Assembly: GCA_965644315.1 (NCBI GenBank)
Contig: CBFFRQ010000038.1
Coordinates: forward strand, 124,001-188,000
Reading direction: 5' to 3'
Length of the DNA: 64,000 bases
DNA from: Caecitellus pseudoparvulus
Lineage: Eukaryota > Protista > Bigyra: Bicosoecida
The notes under the pieces are model-generated. The model did not search any database. It had not been told where the DNA came from and worked only from the letters and a program-made list of their open reading frames with translations. How positions within the stretch are numbered: the first letter of the stretch is position 1; every line of letters starts with the position of its first letter. A program made the translations under genes and the position numbers. Of this stretch, positions 1-10,900 are shown piece after piece.

Positions 1-32
1 GCAAGCCCTGGCAGCCTGCATTCCTGGAGCTC

Positions 33-2282
33 TTGCTCCAGAATCAACCGGCATTTGGATTGGTCGATGCGCTGGATGTGCAGTGTTTCTTGGCAGCGGC
101 ATGGTTCCACTCTGCAGCTGAACAGCACGATCCAAAGGCATGGCTTCGCGCAAAGCGTGGTGAACTGAACTCTGCTGCCGTTGAGTTGACGCAACTAGCA
201 GCCGTGCTTGGCCTGCTTGCGGTGCAACAAGCCGATGATATTCAAGACGAGTGGCCGGACAAGTCCACTTTGCTGCGGAACGCGGCAGCGGCGGCAACTG
301 CGGCAGCTGAGCGCTTGGCGTTGCGTCAGCAGGGTGCTCAAGGGCTTGCAGGCCAAGACCAAGCAAGTGAGCCCAGTGCAGAGTACGGGGTGCAGTGTGT
401 CGCCTCTGCCTTGAAAAAGTTGCAGAGCCATGTCTGGCAGCGTGCGGCGCGTGCAGCGGGAGTTCTGGATCAAGTAGATCAATCCGGTGCAGAACCACGG
501 GGTTTGATGTCTCCTGACAGCCTGGGACCACGCACGCCAGCTCACCGTGAGGACTCTATGCCTGAACTTGAAGATGATGGGACTTCCCGGCCATTGTGGG
601 CACTGCGCCGAGCTGCCAGTGCAGTCCTCCAACTGAGCAGCTTGCCCTCCGCTGCTGAACTCGGCCGACTGCCCTGCTCGCCACACTTACTGCGCGCATT
701 GCGCAGCATGATCCAGTTGCGAGGGCGCGTCGCAGAGCAACAAGGGGCGAACGTGCCTCCACTCATCACGCAGAGCCGTGCGCTGGACGTGGCTTCAGGC
801 CGCATGGTCCCCACTCCGTACAGCACGAAGCTTGCGTGGCTCAGCGGCGCATTCGTAGAGAGCCGCATGGGGCACCTCCTCGTATCAGGACACGCAGATG
901 CCGTCATTCTTGAAGGTGTCTATGTTCTGGAGAGCTTGGACGCAGCCTTGCCGGGTCTGCTGGGGTTGCAGGAGCACGCTGAAGCGGCTCTGCGGCGCCT
1001 TCGGCGTGCTTGCCCCTGCCGCCTGCCTGCATCGCGGCAAGAAGCGACGAGGGAGAAACTCCTACTCCTGGGCCAAGCTCCATTCAAATACTGTAACATT
1101 GACCTTGGTCCTTGGCATGCTGCCACTGTGCGCGACCACGTGATGCGCCTCGGGCTGCGCAGTATTCCTGCCGAAAGCGCCCAACTGGGCCGCCAGAGCG
1201 AGACTGGAGCGCTCGCGAGGCAGTCCATTCCGAAGCGCATTGCAGGTCTCTCAGCGGAACGTGTGCTTGGGGCAACCATGGGACAGCTGCAGCGGGCAGC
1301 GTCAATGCGAAGGGCCGAGAGAGTCACATCTGCTGGAGCATCCCGCGTCTCTGCACGTGCGTCAGGCGCCCTCACTGTGCCCACATCGACGAACAGCAGC
1401 GCCGAAGCGCAGCCGTCAGAAGGTGCACACATGGAAGCTAAAGGGCCTTTCCTTTCTTCAAGATCCCTCGAGTTCGAAGCTCCGGAGAAAGAGGATGTGG
1501 GTCGCTCTGACCTTGCCGCCCTACAGGTCGCTGCTGAAGTGGTGCAGCAACTTAACGAAGCATGGGGCCCCGGCCACACCGACATTCGCCCTACTGCCAG
1601 TTCAACACAGGGGGGCGCATGCAGTGCCTGGCAACTGCTCTACGTTCCTCACTTTTGCACTGCGAGTGCTGTAGAGTCTGATGACGCCAGCCACCCTGCC
1701 GTTCGGGCGTGGGCCTGGGCGAAGACGCAGCCAGTCGGCACACCAGAAGCGCAGCGCCTGGCACGTGTTCTCGCAGCAATTGGCACAGCTCTATCGCACG
1801 TAGGGGTCGGACGCGAAGGAGACGCTCTGCGCTCGGAAGCAGTCGCCTGCGCTGCCTTGGTCTGCTTAGGAGCCGCCGTGGTGCTGCTCGGCAAGCGAGC
1901 AGAGACAGATCAATGTCAAACGCAGCAGGAGGCTGGCGTTCAGTTGGAGGTGGCATCCCTGCACCACCAAATCACACGCGTCCTTTTGACTTTCGAGCCG
2001 AGCCAGCACCGCATTCTGCATGACTTCTCCCCCTTGCTTGAATGTGAATGGCGACTCCCTTCCACACAAGAACGGCACAGCTGGCACGCACCCCGTCACT
2101 ACCGCCTCGCAGAGCTGCACCTGCGCAAAGCCATTTACTTCACCCAACAGCTGACTGGCCCAGTCTCACTTCCCCGCGTCGGACTGTGTCAGACCCTAGC
2201 TCGTCTGCACCGCCGCCAGAGTCACCCAGAGGCCAAGCAGACCGCTATCTCAGCTTCCCTTGCAAGTGCCGCTTTGCAGTAG
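33..2282 (+). CDS. Hypothetical Ala/Leu-rich protein, probably part of a gene that starts upstream of the window
   Basis: 749-codon open frame beginning at the window edge with a non-ATG start; no motif recognised. Confidence 0.5.
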   Translation: MLQNQPAFGLVDALDVQCFLAAAWFHSAAEQHDPKAWLRAKRGELNSAAVELTQLAAVLGLLAVQQADDIQDEWPDKSTLLRNAAAAATAAAERLALRQQGAQGLAGQDQASEPSAEYGVQCVASALKKLQSHVWQRAARAAGVLDQVDQSGAEPRGLMSPDSLGPRTPAHREDSMPELEDDGTSRPLWALRRAASAVLQLSSLPSAAELGRLPCSPHLLRALRSMIQLRGRVAEQQGANVPPLITQSRALDVASGRMVPTPYSTKLAWLSGAFVESRMGHLLVSGHADAVILEGVYVLESLDAALPGLLGLQEHAEAALRRLRRACPCRLPASRQEATREKLLLLGQAPFKYCNIDLGPWHAATVRDHVMRLGLRSIPAESAQLGRQSETGALARQSIPKRIAGLSAERVLGATMGQLQRAASMRRAERVTSAGASRVSARASGALTVPTSTNSSAEAQPSEGAHMEAKGPFLSSRSLEFEAPEKEDVGRSDLAALQVAAEVVQQLNEAWGPGHTDIRPTASSTQGGACSAWQLLYVPHFCTASAVESDDASHPAVRAWAWAKTQPVGTPEAQRLARVLAAIGTALSHVGVGREGDALRSEAVACAALVCLGAAVVLLGKRAETDQCQTQQEAGVQLEVASLHHQITRVLLTFEPSQHRILHDFSPLLECEWRLPSTQERHSWHAPRHYRLAELHLRKAIYFTQQLTGPVSLPRVGLCQTLARLHRRQSHPEAKQTAISASLASAALQ

Positions 2283-2619
2283 GCCTGGACGCTGCACACA
2301 ATGCAGCACGCCTGCACGATGAAAGGAGTGCAGCGTTGCGTTGTAAACCGCCTCAGTTCTGACCATTCCACAGCTGGTGTTTTGAAGATGCCTGCCTAAT
2401 TTACAAAGCCTTCATCAGGCTCGAACAGATCGAATGTCGTGAATTTAAGCTTACGAGGTAACGGCTGTATGTTTTGGGACGCTGGATTGTGCCCAGGGTG
2501 CCAGCGCGGGAGTGGTCAGTGAGCAGGGTCGGCGTTGGGGATGTGTGCAGATGACCTCATGAGTGTGCAAGGGGAGGGGATGGTGTGGGTTGAGTCGGTG
2601 TGCGTTGTGAATATGAATG

Positions 2620-3996
2620 TCATGTGTGCATGCTGCGGACGTGTCTCTTAAGGTGGCCAGCCTGTCCGAAGGCTTTGTCACAGTGTGGGCAGTGGTGGTC
2701 TTTGATCCCTGTGTGCACAGTGCGGATATGAGTTGCCAGGCTGTCAGCTCGTCCGAAGGTCTTGTCACAGTGTGGGCAGTGGTGGTCTCGCGCACCTTCG
2801 TGCACGGTGCGGATATGGATCTTGAGACTGCCAGCCCGGCCAAATGCCTTGTCACAGTGTGGGCAGTGGTGGTCTCGAGCACCCTCATGTACGGTGCGAA
2901 TGTGGGTTTTCAGGTCGGCAGCCTGTCCAAACGCCTTGTCACAGTGCGGGCAGTGGTGGTCTCGCACACCCTCATGCACGGTGCGAATGTGTCTCTTGAG
3001 ACTGCCAGCCGTGGTGAATGCCTTGTCGCAGTGCGGGCAGTGGTGGTCTCGCGCACCCTCGTGTACGGTGCGGACATGCTGCCTCAGATACGCAGCCCCA
3101 CTGAAGCTCTTCCCACACACAATGCACACCACACCACCACCAGCACCTGCTCCCCCATGGCACTCACGCCTGTGCTCCTCCACAGCACCCCACGACCCCA
3201 GCACCACATCGCACAGCATGCACCGAGGCACGCCCCGCACACGCGCTCCTGCGCCTCGCCCCATATCTGCCCTCGCCGCCCCAGCCACCTCGCCCTCGGC
3301 AGGCGCCATGCTCACTCCCACATCGCCCAGGGCGTCGCCCCCGCGCCCACTGCCGCCACGGGTGCCACTGTCCACCTCCTCACACGAAACCGTGCTGCCA
3401 CTGTCAGTGTCCCACTCGCTGCCACTGCTGTGCCTTCCGTCGCCGCCACCGCCGCTGCACTCCTGGTCTTGACTCTCATCCAACATGCCCACACACCCTC
3501 CCGTCCCCCACTCCCCACAGCTGCTCGACCCCCCACTGCTCGTCACCGTCAACCCGCCACAGCTCGCTCCGCCGCACCGACCACCACCGACCACACCCAC
3601 CACACCCACCTTCCGCAGTGCCACGCCCTCACCCGTCCCCACACGCCCCTGTGCACACCATGACGGCAGCTCACCCTGCACTGCCGCGATCCCCGCACGC
3701 GTCACGCCCCCCACCTGCGCCGCTGACTCTCCACACACCTCACCACCACGCTCTGCGCCCACGCACTGACCGTCGCCACACAACGCGCCGCCACTACACC
3801 CCGCCACCACACCCGGCGCCTCGACACCACACGCTGTGCCACACTTCCTCTTGCAGGGACTGGTCTGGCCTCCCGCCAGCCTGCGCTTCGCGCCCCCCAC
3901 GGCGCTCACCCTGCCCGCTTGCCTTGCAGGCGCTGCGCCGTGCCTCAAACTGCGCCGGCACGCCACGCCGGGCTGCCTCGTGCCCACGCAGCTCAT
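2620..3996 (-). CDS. C2H2 zinc-finger array protein, copy 1 (6 tandem fingers); start uncertain
   Basis: Repeated CxxC-x3-F-x5-L-x2-H-x4-H fingers in 29-aa (87-bp) units such as HEGARDHHCPHCDKAF...LKxHIRTV, preceded by a Gly/Ser-rich N-terminus. ATG at 3996 chosen by homology to copy 2. Confidence 0.85.
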   Translation of the reverse strand: MSCVGTRQPGVACRRSLRHGAAPARQAGRVSAVGGAKRRLAGGQTSPCKRKCGTACGVEAPGVVAGCSGGALCGDGQCVGAERGGEVCGESAAQVGGVTRAGIAAVQGELPSWCAQGRVGTGEGVALRKVGVVGVVGGGRCGGASCGGLTVTSSGGSSSCGEWGTGGCVGMLDESQDQECSGGGGDGRHSSGSEWDTDSGSTVSCEEVDSGTRGGSGRGGDALGDVGVSMAPAEGEVAGAARADMGRGAGARVRGVPRCMLCDVVLGSWGAVEEHRRECHGGAGAGGGVVCIVCGKSFSGAAYLRQHVRTVHEGARDHHCPHCDKAFTTAGSLKRHIRTVHEGVRDHHCPHCDKAFGQAADLKTHIRTVHEGARDHHCPHCDKAFGRAGSLKIHIRTVHEGARDHHCPHCDKTFGRADSLATHIRTVHTGIKDHHCPHCDKAFGQAGHLKRHVRSMHT

Positions 3997-4800
3997 GATG
4001 GGCGAAATGGGAGGGGCAGCAGTGTGCATTGGTGTGCTACGTGTAATGTGTGTGTGTGTGATGTGTGGCTGGGATGTGGTGCGCGGGGGCAAGTGTGCGG
4101 GGGGGTGTGGCAGGAGAGACTCGCCAGCGAGCTGCTCGGGCTGCACGCTCGACTCCGCACGCCCACGCCCAGCCCCAAGCCGCCACTGCCCCCACGCCCC
4201 CACATCACACACGGCCACCTGCACGCCAGCCGCCCACGAGCATGCTGCCGTGTATGGCCTGCGCCTGGCTGCATCGCGGCGCACAGTGGACTGCCCTGAC
4301 CACGGGCCCGTCCTCCAGCACCACCCGCAACGCCGCCCGCGTTTCCACGGCGTTTCCTCACACCCATCCACATCCCACCCGCACACCTCCACAGCACACT
4401 GAGCACACGCCACACGCCACACATATACACATCTGGATATGGCCGGGACCCCACACCAGGGCCCCGCTCTCGCTGGCCTCGCCGCCGGTGCAGCGGTGGC
4501 CACGGGAGTGCACCTGGCGAGCCAAGCTGCCGGCACTGTTGCTGGCGCGGGCCTCAGCCTGGCATGCGCCGCTATGGGCCAGGGCACACACGGGTAGTGG
4601 TCGGCGGGGCGGGTTGCGCAGTCACGTCCGTGGTGGTGACGGTTGTAGGCTGTGGGGTGGCGTTGGATGGTGTGCGTGGCGGGAAGGGGTGTGGTCGGTG
4701 GTGGTCAGGGTGGGCATGGGGGTGTGTGGAGGTGGCTGGGTGAGGGTATGAGAAGCGGGGATGGTGTGGGTTGTGGCGGTGTTCATTGTGGGCATGATGG

Positions 4801-6180
4801 TCATATGTGAATGATGCGGATGTGCCTCCTTAAGTTGCTGGCTTCCCCAAATGCCTTTTCTCAGTGTGGGCAGTGGTGGTCTTTGGCACCTTCGTGCACG
4901 GTGCGGATATGCTTCTTCAGGTCACCGGCATGACCGAACACCTTCTCACAGTGTGGGCAGTGGTGATCTCGCGCGCCCTGGTGAATAGTGCGCATGTGCT
5001 TCTTGAGGCTTCCAGCCGCGGTAAAGGTCCTGTCGCAGTGTGGGCAGTGGTGGTCTCGCGCACCCTCGTGCACAGTGCGGATGTGGGCCTTCAAGTGGCC
5101 AGCCTCGCCAAACGCCTTGTCACAGTGCGGGCAGTGGTGGTCTCGCGCACCCTCGTGCACGGTGCGCATGTGGGTCTTGAGGTTGCCAGCCGTGGTGAAT
5201 GCTTTGTCACAGTGTGGGCAGTGGTGGTCTCGCGCACCCTCGTGCACAGTGCGGATGTGGGTCTTGAGATTGCCGGCCTCGCCAAACCTCTTGTCACAGT
5301 GTGGGCAGTGGTGGTCTCGGATGCCTTCGTGCACGGTGCGGATGTGGGCCTTCAAGTGGCCAGCCTGTCCAAACGCCTTGTCACAGTGTGGGCAGTGGTG
5401 GTCTCTGGCGCCCACATGCACGGTGCGCATGTGTCTCATTAGAGTACCAGACGTGGAAAACCCCTTGTTACAGTGTGGGCAGTGGTGGTCTCGCGCACCC
5501 TCGTGCACGGTGCGGATGTGTCTCTTGAGGTCGCCAGCTTCACCGAACGCCTTTTCGCAGTGCGGGCAGTGGTGGTCTCGCGCACCCTCGTGCACAGTGT
5601 GGATGTGGGTCTTGAGGTGGCCAGCCTCGCCAAACCTCTTGTCACAGTGTGGGCAGTGGTGGTCTCGTGCGCCCTCGTGCACGGTGCGGATGTGGGTCCT
5701 GAGGTAACCAGCGCGTCCAAACCTCTTGTCACAGTGTGGGCAGTGGTGGTCTCGCGCACCCTCGTGCACGGTGCGAATGTGGGTCTTGAGACTGCCAGCC
5801 GTGCTGAATGCCTTGTCGCAGTGTGGGCAGTGGTGGTCTCGCGCACACTCGTGCACAGTGCGGATGTGGGCCTTCAAGTGGCAAGCCTCGCCAAACCTCT
5901 TGTCACAGTGTGGGCAGTGGTGGTCTCGTGCGCCCTCATGCACGGTGCGGATGTGGGCCTTCAAGTGGCCAGCCTGTCCAAACGCCTTGTCACAGTGTGG
6001 GCAGTGGTGGTCTCGTGCGCCCTCATGCACGGTGCGAATGTGTCTCTTGAGACTGCCAGCCGTGGTGAATGCCTTGTCGCAGTGTGGGCAGTGGTGGTCT
6101 CGCGCGCCCTCGTGCACAGTGCGGACATGCTGCCTCAGATACGCAGCCCCACTGAAGCTCTTCCCACACACAATGCACAC
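4801..6180 (-). repeat. Coding minisatellite of 87-bp zinc-finger units (a shorter array lies at about 2620-3130)
   Basis: cacagtgtgggcagtggtggtctcgcgcaccctcgtgcac recurs with 87-bp periodicity. Confidence 0.9.
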
Positions 6181-7071
6181 CACACGACCACCAGCACCTG
6201 CTCCCCCATGGCACTCACGCCTGTGCTCCTCCACAGCACCCCACGACCCCAGCACCACATCGCACAGCATGCACCGGGGCACGCCCTGCACACGCGCTCC
6301 TGCGCCTCGCCCCATATCTGCCCTCGCCGCCCCAGCCACCTCCACCTTGCCAGGCGCCATGCTCGCTCCCACATCGCCCAGGGCGTCGCCCCCGCGCCCA
6401 CTGTCGCCACGGGTGCTCCTGGCCACCTCCTCACATGACACCGTGCTGCCACTGCTGTCGCTGTCAGTGCTGTCACTGTCCCACTCGCTGCCACTGCTGT
6501 GCCGCCCGTCGCCGCCACCGCCGCTGCACTCCTCGACACCACACACGCCCACGCCCACACACCCTCCCGCCCCCCACTCCCCACAGCTGCTCGACCCCCC
6601 ACTGCTCGTCACCGTCAACCCGCCGCAGCTCGCTCCACCACTCCGACCACCACCGACCACACCCACCACACCCACCTTCCGCAGTGCCACGCCCTCACCC
6701 GTCCCCGCACGCCCCTGTGCACACCATGACGGCAGCTCACCCTGCACTGCCGCGACCCCCGCGCGCGTCATGCCCCCCAACCGCCCCACCTGTGCCGCTG
6801 ACTCTCCACACACCTCACCACCACGCTCTGCGCCCACGCACTGACCGTCGCCACACAACGCGCCCCCACTACACCCCGCCACCACACCCGGCGCCTCGCC
6901 ACCACACGCTGTGCCACACTTCCTCTTGCAGGGACTGGTCTGGCCTCCCGCCAGCCTGCGCTTCGCGCCCCCCACGGCGCTCACCCTGCCCGCTTGCCTT
7001 GCAGGCGCTGCGCCGTGCCTCAAACTGCGCCGGCACGCCACGCCGGGCTGCCTCGTGCCCACGCAGCTCAT
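4861..7071 (-). CDS. C2H2 zinc-finger array protein, copy 2 (15 intact fingers plus a 16th interrupted by TGA); start uncertain
   Basis: Same N-terminus as copy 1 with a longer 87-bp finger array. The frame continues past the TGA at 4861-4863 as EKAFGEASNLRRHIRIIHI* to 4801. Confidence 0.85.
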   Translation of the reverse strand: MSCVGTRQPGVACRRSLRHGAAPARQAGRVSAVGGAKRRLAGGQTSPCKRKCGTACGGEAPGVVAGCSGGALCGDGQCVGAERGGEVCGESAAQVGRLGGMTRAGVAAVQGELPSWCAQGRAGTGEGVALRKVGVVGVVGGGRSGGASCGGLTVTSSGGSSSCGEWGAGGCVGVGVCGVEECSGGGGDGRHSSGSEWDSDSTDSDSSGSTVSCEEVARSTRGDSGRGGDALGDVGASMAPGKVEVAGAARADMGRGAGARVQGVPRCMLCDVVLGSWGAVEEHRRECHGGAGAGGRVVCIVCGKSFSGAAYLRQHVRTVHEGARDHHCPHCDKAFTTAGSLKRHIRTVHEGARDHHCPHCDKAFGQAGHLKAHIRTVHEGARDHHCPHCDKRFGEACHLKAHIRTVHECARDHHCPHCDKAFSTAGSLKTHIRTVHEGARDHHCPHCDKRFGRAGYLRTHIRTVHEGARDHHCPHCDKRFGEAGHLKTHIHTVHEGARDHHCPHCEKAFGEAGDLKRHIRTVHEGARDHHCPHCNKGFSTSGTLMRHMRTVHVGARDHHCPHCDKAFGQAGHLKAHIRTVHEGIRDHHCPHCDKRFGEAGNLKTHIRTVHEGARDHHCPHCDKAFTTAGNLKTHMRTVHEGARDHHCPHCDKAFGEAGHLKAHIRTVHEGARDHHCPHCDRTFTAAGSLKKHMRTIHQGARDHHCPHCEKVFGHAGDLKKHIRTVHEGAKDHHCPH

Positions 7072-7962
7072 GATGGGCGAAATGGGAGGGGCAGCAGTGT
7101 GCAGTGTGATTCGTGTGCAGTGTGTGTGTGTGTGTGTTGCGTGTGGCTGGGATGTGGTGTGCGGGGCGAAGTGTGCGGGGGGGCAGGAGAGACTCGCCGG
7201 CGAGCTGCTCGGGCTGCACGCTCGACTCCATGCGCCCACGCCCAGCCCATTGCCCCCCCGCCCCCACATCACACACGGCCACCTGCACGCCGGCCGCCCA
7301 CGTGCATGCTGCCGTGTATGGCCTGCACCTGGCTGCATCGCGGCGCACAGTGGAGTGCCCTGACCACGGGCCCGCCCTCCCACCGCGCCGACTGCGTTTC
7401 CACGGCGAGGAAATCCGCACGTGCAGTTGAGGAAATACCCTTGCTTGACCATTGACAAAGCATACCATGCATCAGGATGGATTTGCTGTGTGAGCAGTAA
7501 GTAGCGGTCGCCATCAGAGGCAGTAACGACTGTGTTTGTGCGTTGCTCGTGATGAGCCATCTCATGCGGGGGGTGGCAAGCAACGCTGCAAGGCAGCGCC
7601 TGTGACGGTGAGGCTCACGCCCTGCTTGCATGGCAGCAATGAAGACCTGTGTCACGCAAGGCGTTGCCGCCATGGCAGGTCTGTCATTCACCCAAACATG
7701 AGCAAGCTGGTGGTGGATTTCTTGGTTGTGCTTGAAGGCTCGTCCCCGGGACCCACTACTCAGTCGTGCTTGACCAACGCCGAGCATCTGCAAATATTTG
7801 AATTCTGATCTGCGTTAAAGATCCTGAGTCCCGCTGAGAAAAAAAGAAGTCTGCCGCCGAAAAGCGCTTGCACCTGAAAAACCAACACTCAACTGCAGGC
7901 ACGGCCGCCACTCGGGCTGCACATCCTGGCGCCACTGAGAGGTAAACAAGCAACTTATACAT

Positions 7963-10900
7963 TCACAGCCCATCAACAAGTCCCAGCAGGGCTGCTGCTC
8001 CAGAGCTGTCGATCCTGGAGTGCATGCTGTCCTTCGCAGGGGGAGCGGCGCCACTGCCCTTGCTCGCTTGGCGTGCCTCCGCATGACCTTCATCTTCGAA
8101 GTCGTCATCCCCATAGCTTGCGTCACTGTCCTCTTCCCCGCCGCCGTCCTCATCCCTGTCGAAGCCGGCGTTGTGGCGGAGTCCTCGCAGTCGCAGGCGA
8201 CGTGTGTGTGCATCTGGGTGGGCTCCGCCGGCGCCTACTGGGGGCGCGCCATATATGGCCGCCAGTTGCTCCGTTCTACTGCGGCCCCTGCTCTGCCTTG
8301 CACTCTCCTGCCGCCCCTGGGACGCTTGGGGCGGCTCCTCCTCCACATCAGGCAGTGCACTGCTCCCTGAAGTTGCTGAGGCAGCGACCGCAGGCGCGGG
8401 CTGCCGGCCCACTGATCCGCTGGTTGACGTTGGGGCACGTGGAGACGCAGGTTTCCTCCCCTTGGCGGTCCTCTGGGGCGCTTTACGGGCGGGTGGGGCA
8501 GATAGGCCGCCATGTGTGGGCTGCAGTGGCACATCGCGGTCGACACTCTGCTGCGTTTCACCCAGCATGCCGCCGTGAGTCAGCGGCGTGGTCATGGTGA
8601 CGGGCAGCGCTGGCTCGGACTGCAGCGGCATGCCCCCCGTCGCCGCTGCGCGTGCTTGGGCAGCGAGCGCGGCCATGGCATCGACGCTGGACTGGGCGGA
8701 GCGACCTGGTGTCTGCTCACCGCCTGGCGAGCTGGGGTGTGCGGCGGCGGAGCCGGCGACACTTGCCCCCGCCCGGTGGACGTCCAGGGGGGGCAAGGCT
8801 GCCAGTGATGGGGGGGTATCCAGTTCGTGCTGTGGGGGGGGTTCTGTCTCACGGGGGTCGTCTTCCCCGCCAGTGCTGCTGTGGCGCGATGGCAAGCTGG
8901 GCAAGCCGCCGCCCCCGCCACGCGCCATGGCGGGGTGTGGCGCCATCATCCACGGAAAGGCGACAGCACCTGGAAAAGGCGCCATGCCTTGCGCCGGCAT
9001 GGCCCCACCTGGAGCTCCGCCGCCAGTGGCAGCGGCCATGGCCAGGGCGGCTTGCTGCTGCAGCGCCATCGCGTAGGCAACCTGAGGCGAAACGCCGGCT
9101 GTTGGGCCGCTGGCGTGCGCCTGGAACATGCCAGGCATGCCAGAGTCACCCAATGCAGCCCATCCCTGCATGTCTGCCGCCTGCTGAGCCTTCTTCGAGG
9201 CGGTGCCTTTCTTCTTCTTGCTCTTTCGTGTGCCTGTTCCAGCGCTGCCCGCGGTGGAGGACTGACGGCTTGCAGGCTCCGCTTCTGCGGCGGCTTGCTG
9301 CTTGGCGAGCTTCTTGCGGTATCGCTCAAGGCGTTTCTTGACGTTTTTGGCCCTGCGTTGGCGGGCTTTCTCCCGTTTCGCTTCCTCCTCCAAGGCGGCT
9401 TCCTCTGCCTCCCGCGCAGCTGCAGCCATGGCTTCCTGTCGCCGAGACTTTTCCTCCAGCCACGCAGCAAGCTTCTCGCGTTTCTCCACTTCGCGCTGCA
9501 CCGATTTTAGCTTTGCTGTCAGCTGCTTCTCCTTTTCGGCAGCATCTGCCGCGTCGCCAAGGCCGGCGAGGGCGGGCAGGTTGGTGCCACGACTGCGTGC
9601 CGTTTCCGACAATTTTCCGTCCTTTCCGCGCCGTCTGAGGACGAGTTGGGAAGCACTCAAGTCCCCTCTCGGAGAAGAGGCCTGTGGTCCACTGGAGCCC
9701 TCTGCTTCGCCAGTCGCTGCTGCCAGGCGGCGGCGGTTGGGCGGCGGCGACACGGCGGGCAGGGGTCCAGGGGGAGGTGTGGGCTGCGACCGGGCAGAGG
9801 CGGCGGACGTGGGCCCACCCTCCCGAAAACTGTGCTGCACATCTCCTTCCATACCAGGGGATGTGAGGGGCGATGGGGGCGCCTGGCGCAGACTCGGCCC
9901 CGAGCTGGACACTGCTCGCAGGCTGGCGACGACGCCTGCGTGGCCACTTCGGGCGGAGGGCGGCCGTGCTGTGCCAGGCGCGCCTTCTGAGCCACCTTCT
10001 TCCAATGCAACAGCATCCTCCACCACACTGCTCCTTCGGGGCTCCGCCTGTGTGTCCGTGGTCGCAGGGGGCTGAAGTGCTGTGTCCGCGGCAGGGGATG
10101 CTGCACGCTCAGGTGCACTGTCCACGCTGCCATCACTGGAGCTACCTTCAGAGCCACCGCTGCGGTCAGCTACCGCCTCCTCTTTTGCAGCCGTGGGAGT
10201 TTGCGCGTCCTCTCTTGGGCCTGCCGCTGGAGACCCCCCCTTGGCACCCTGGGTGCGCCCCGCCTGTTCCGCTGCGCTGGCGAGCAGGGTGTAGCCTGCT
10301 GCCCACTCCTTGCGCAACTTGGGCAAGATCTGCTTCATGGATGCCTGCAGCTCCTCTTCCTCAATGTCCAGGTTGAAGAACGCCTCCATGGTCCCTTGCA
10401 GGGCCACGAAGGCGCCCTCCCCTGCGATGTAGTGCTCTTGCGCAGCAGCCACAGCCCCGCCTGCCTTGGACAAACCACCAAGCGGCATGTCTGGAACAGA
10501 GGTAAGGAAGGTGGCAGTGTCGCCTTCAGACTCATCGTGTCCTCTGGACATGGCGAGTTGCTGCGCTAGGCGCGTTTTCTCCGCGTTCGCCTCGGCAAGC
10601 TGCTGCTCCAAACGCACCATGGCTGCTGCGACCTCAGCTGGCGGCGCAGGGCCGTCACCGGGGGGATGTGCATCAGAGGGGGCCGTTGCACTGGCTGCCT
10701 GCGCCGGAATTGGGACAGCAGGCGCGCTGCCGTCGCCTCCAAAGGCGGCCCCCACGTCCCCCAGCGCCAGCAGGCGCTCACGCAGGCGCGCCACTTCCGC
10801 CTGCAGCATTTTCACCAAGACGCGGTCGGGCAGCATGGACGTGTTGATTTTCGCATGGGTCATGACACGCTTGGCAGAATCTGCGAATACCAGGGTCTGG

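Noticed and set aside
4801-6180. Regular repeats with variable intervals resembling a CRISPR array
   Set aside because: The 87-bp units are in-frame zinc-finger codons; the context is eukaryotic and no cas genes are present.
2617-6844. Long plus-strand ORFs with repeated VTVWAVVV or SQCGQWWS
   Set aside because: Antisense shadows of the zinc-finger repeats.
7400-7800. WYALSMVKQGYFLNCTCG upstream of zinc-finger copy 2, resembling the start of a SWIM finger
   Set aside because: Too short, lacks the CxH half, and lies outside the duplicated segment; cannot be supported.
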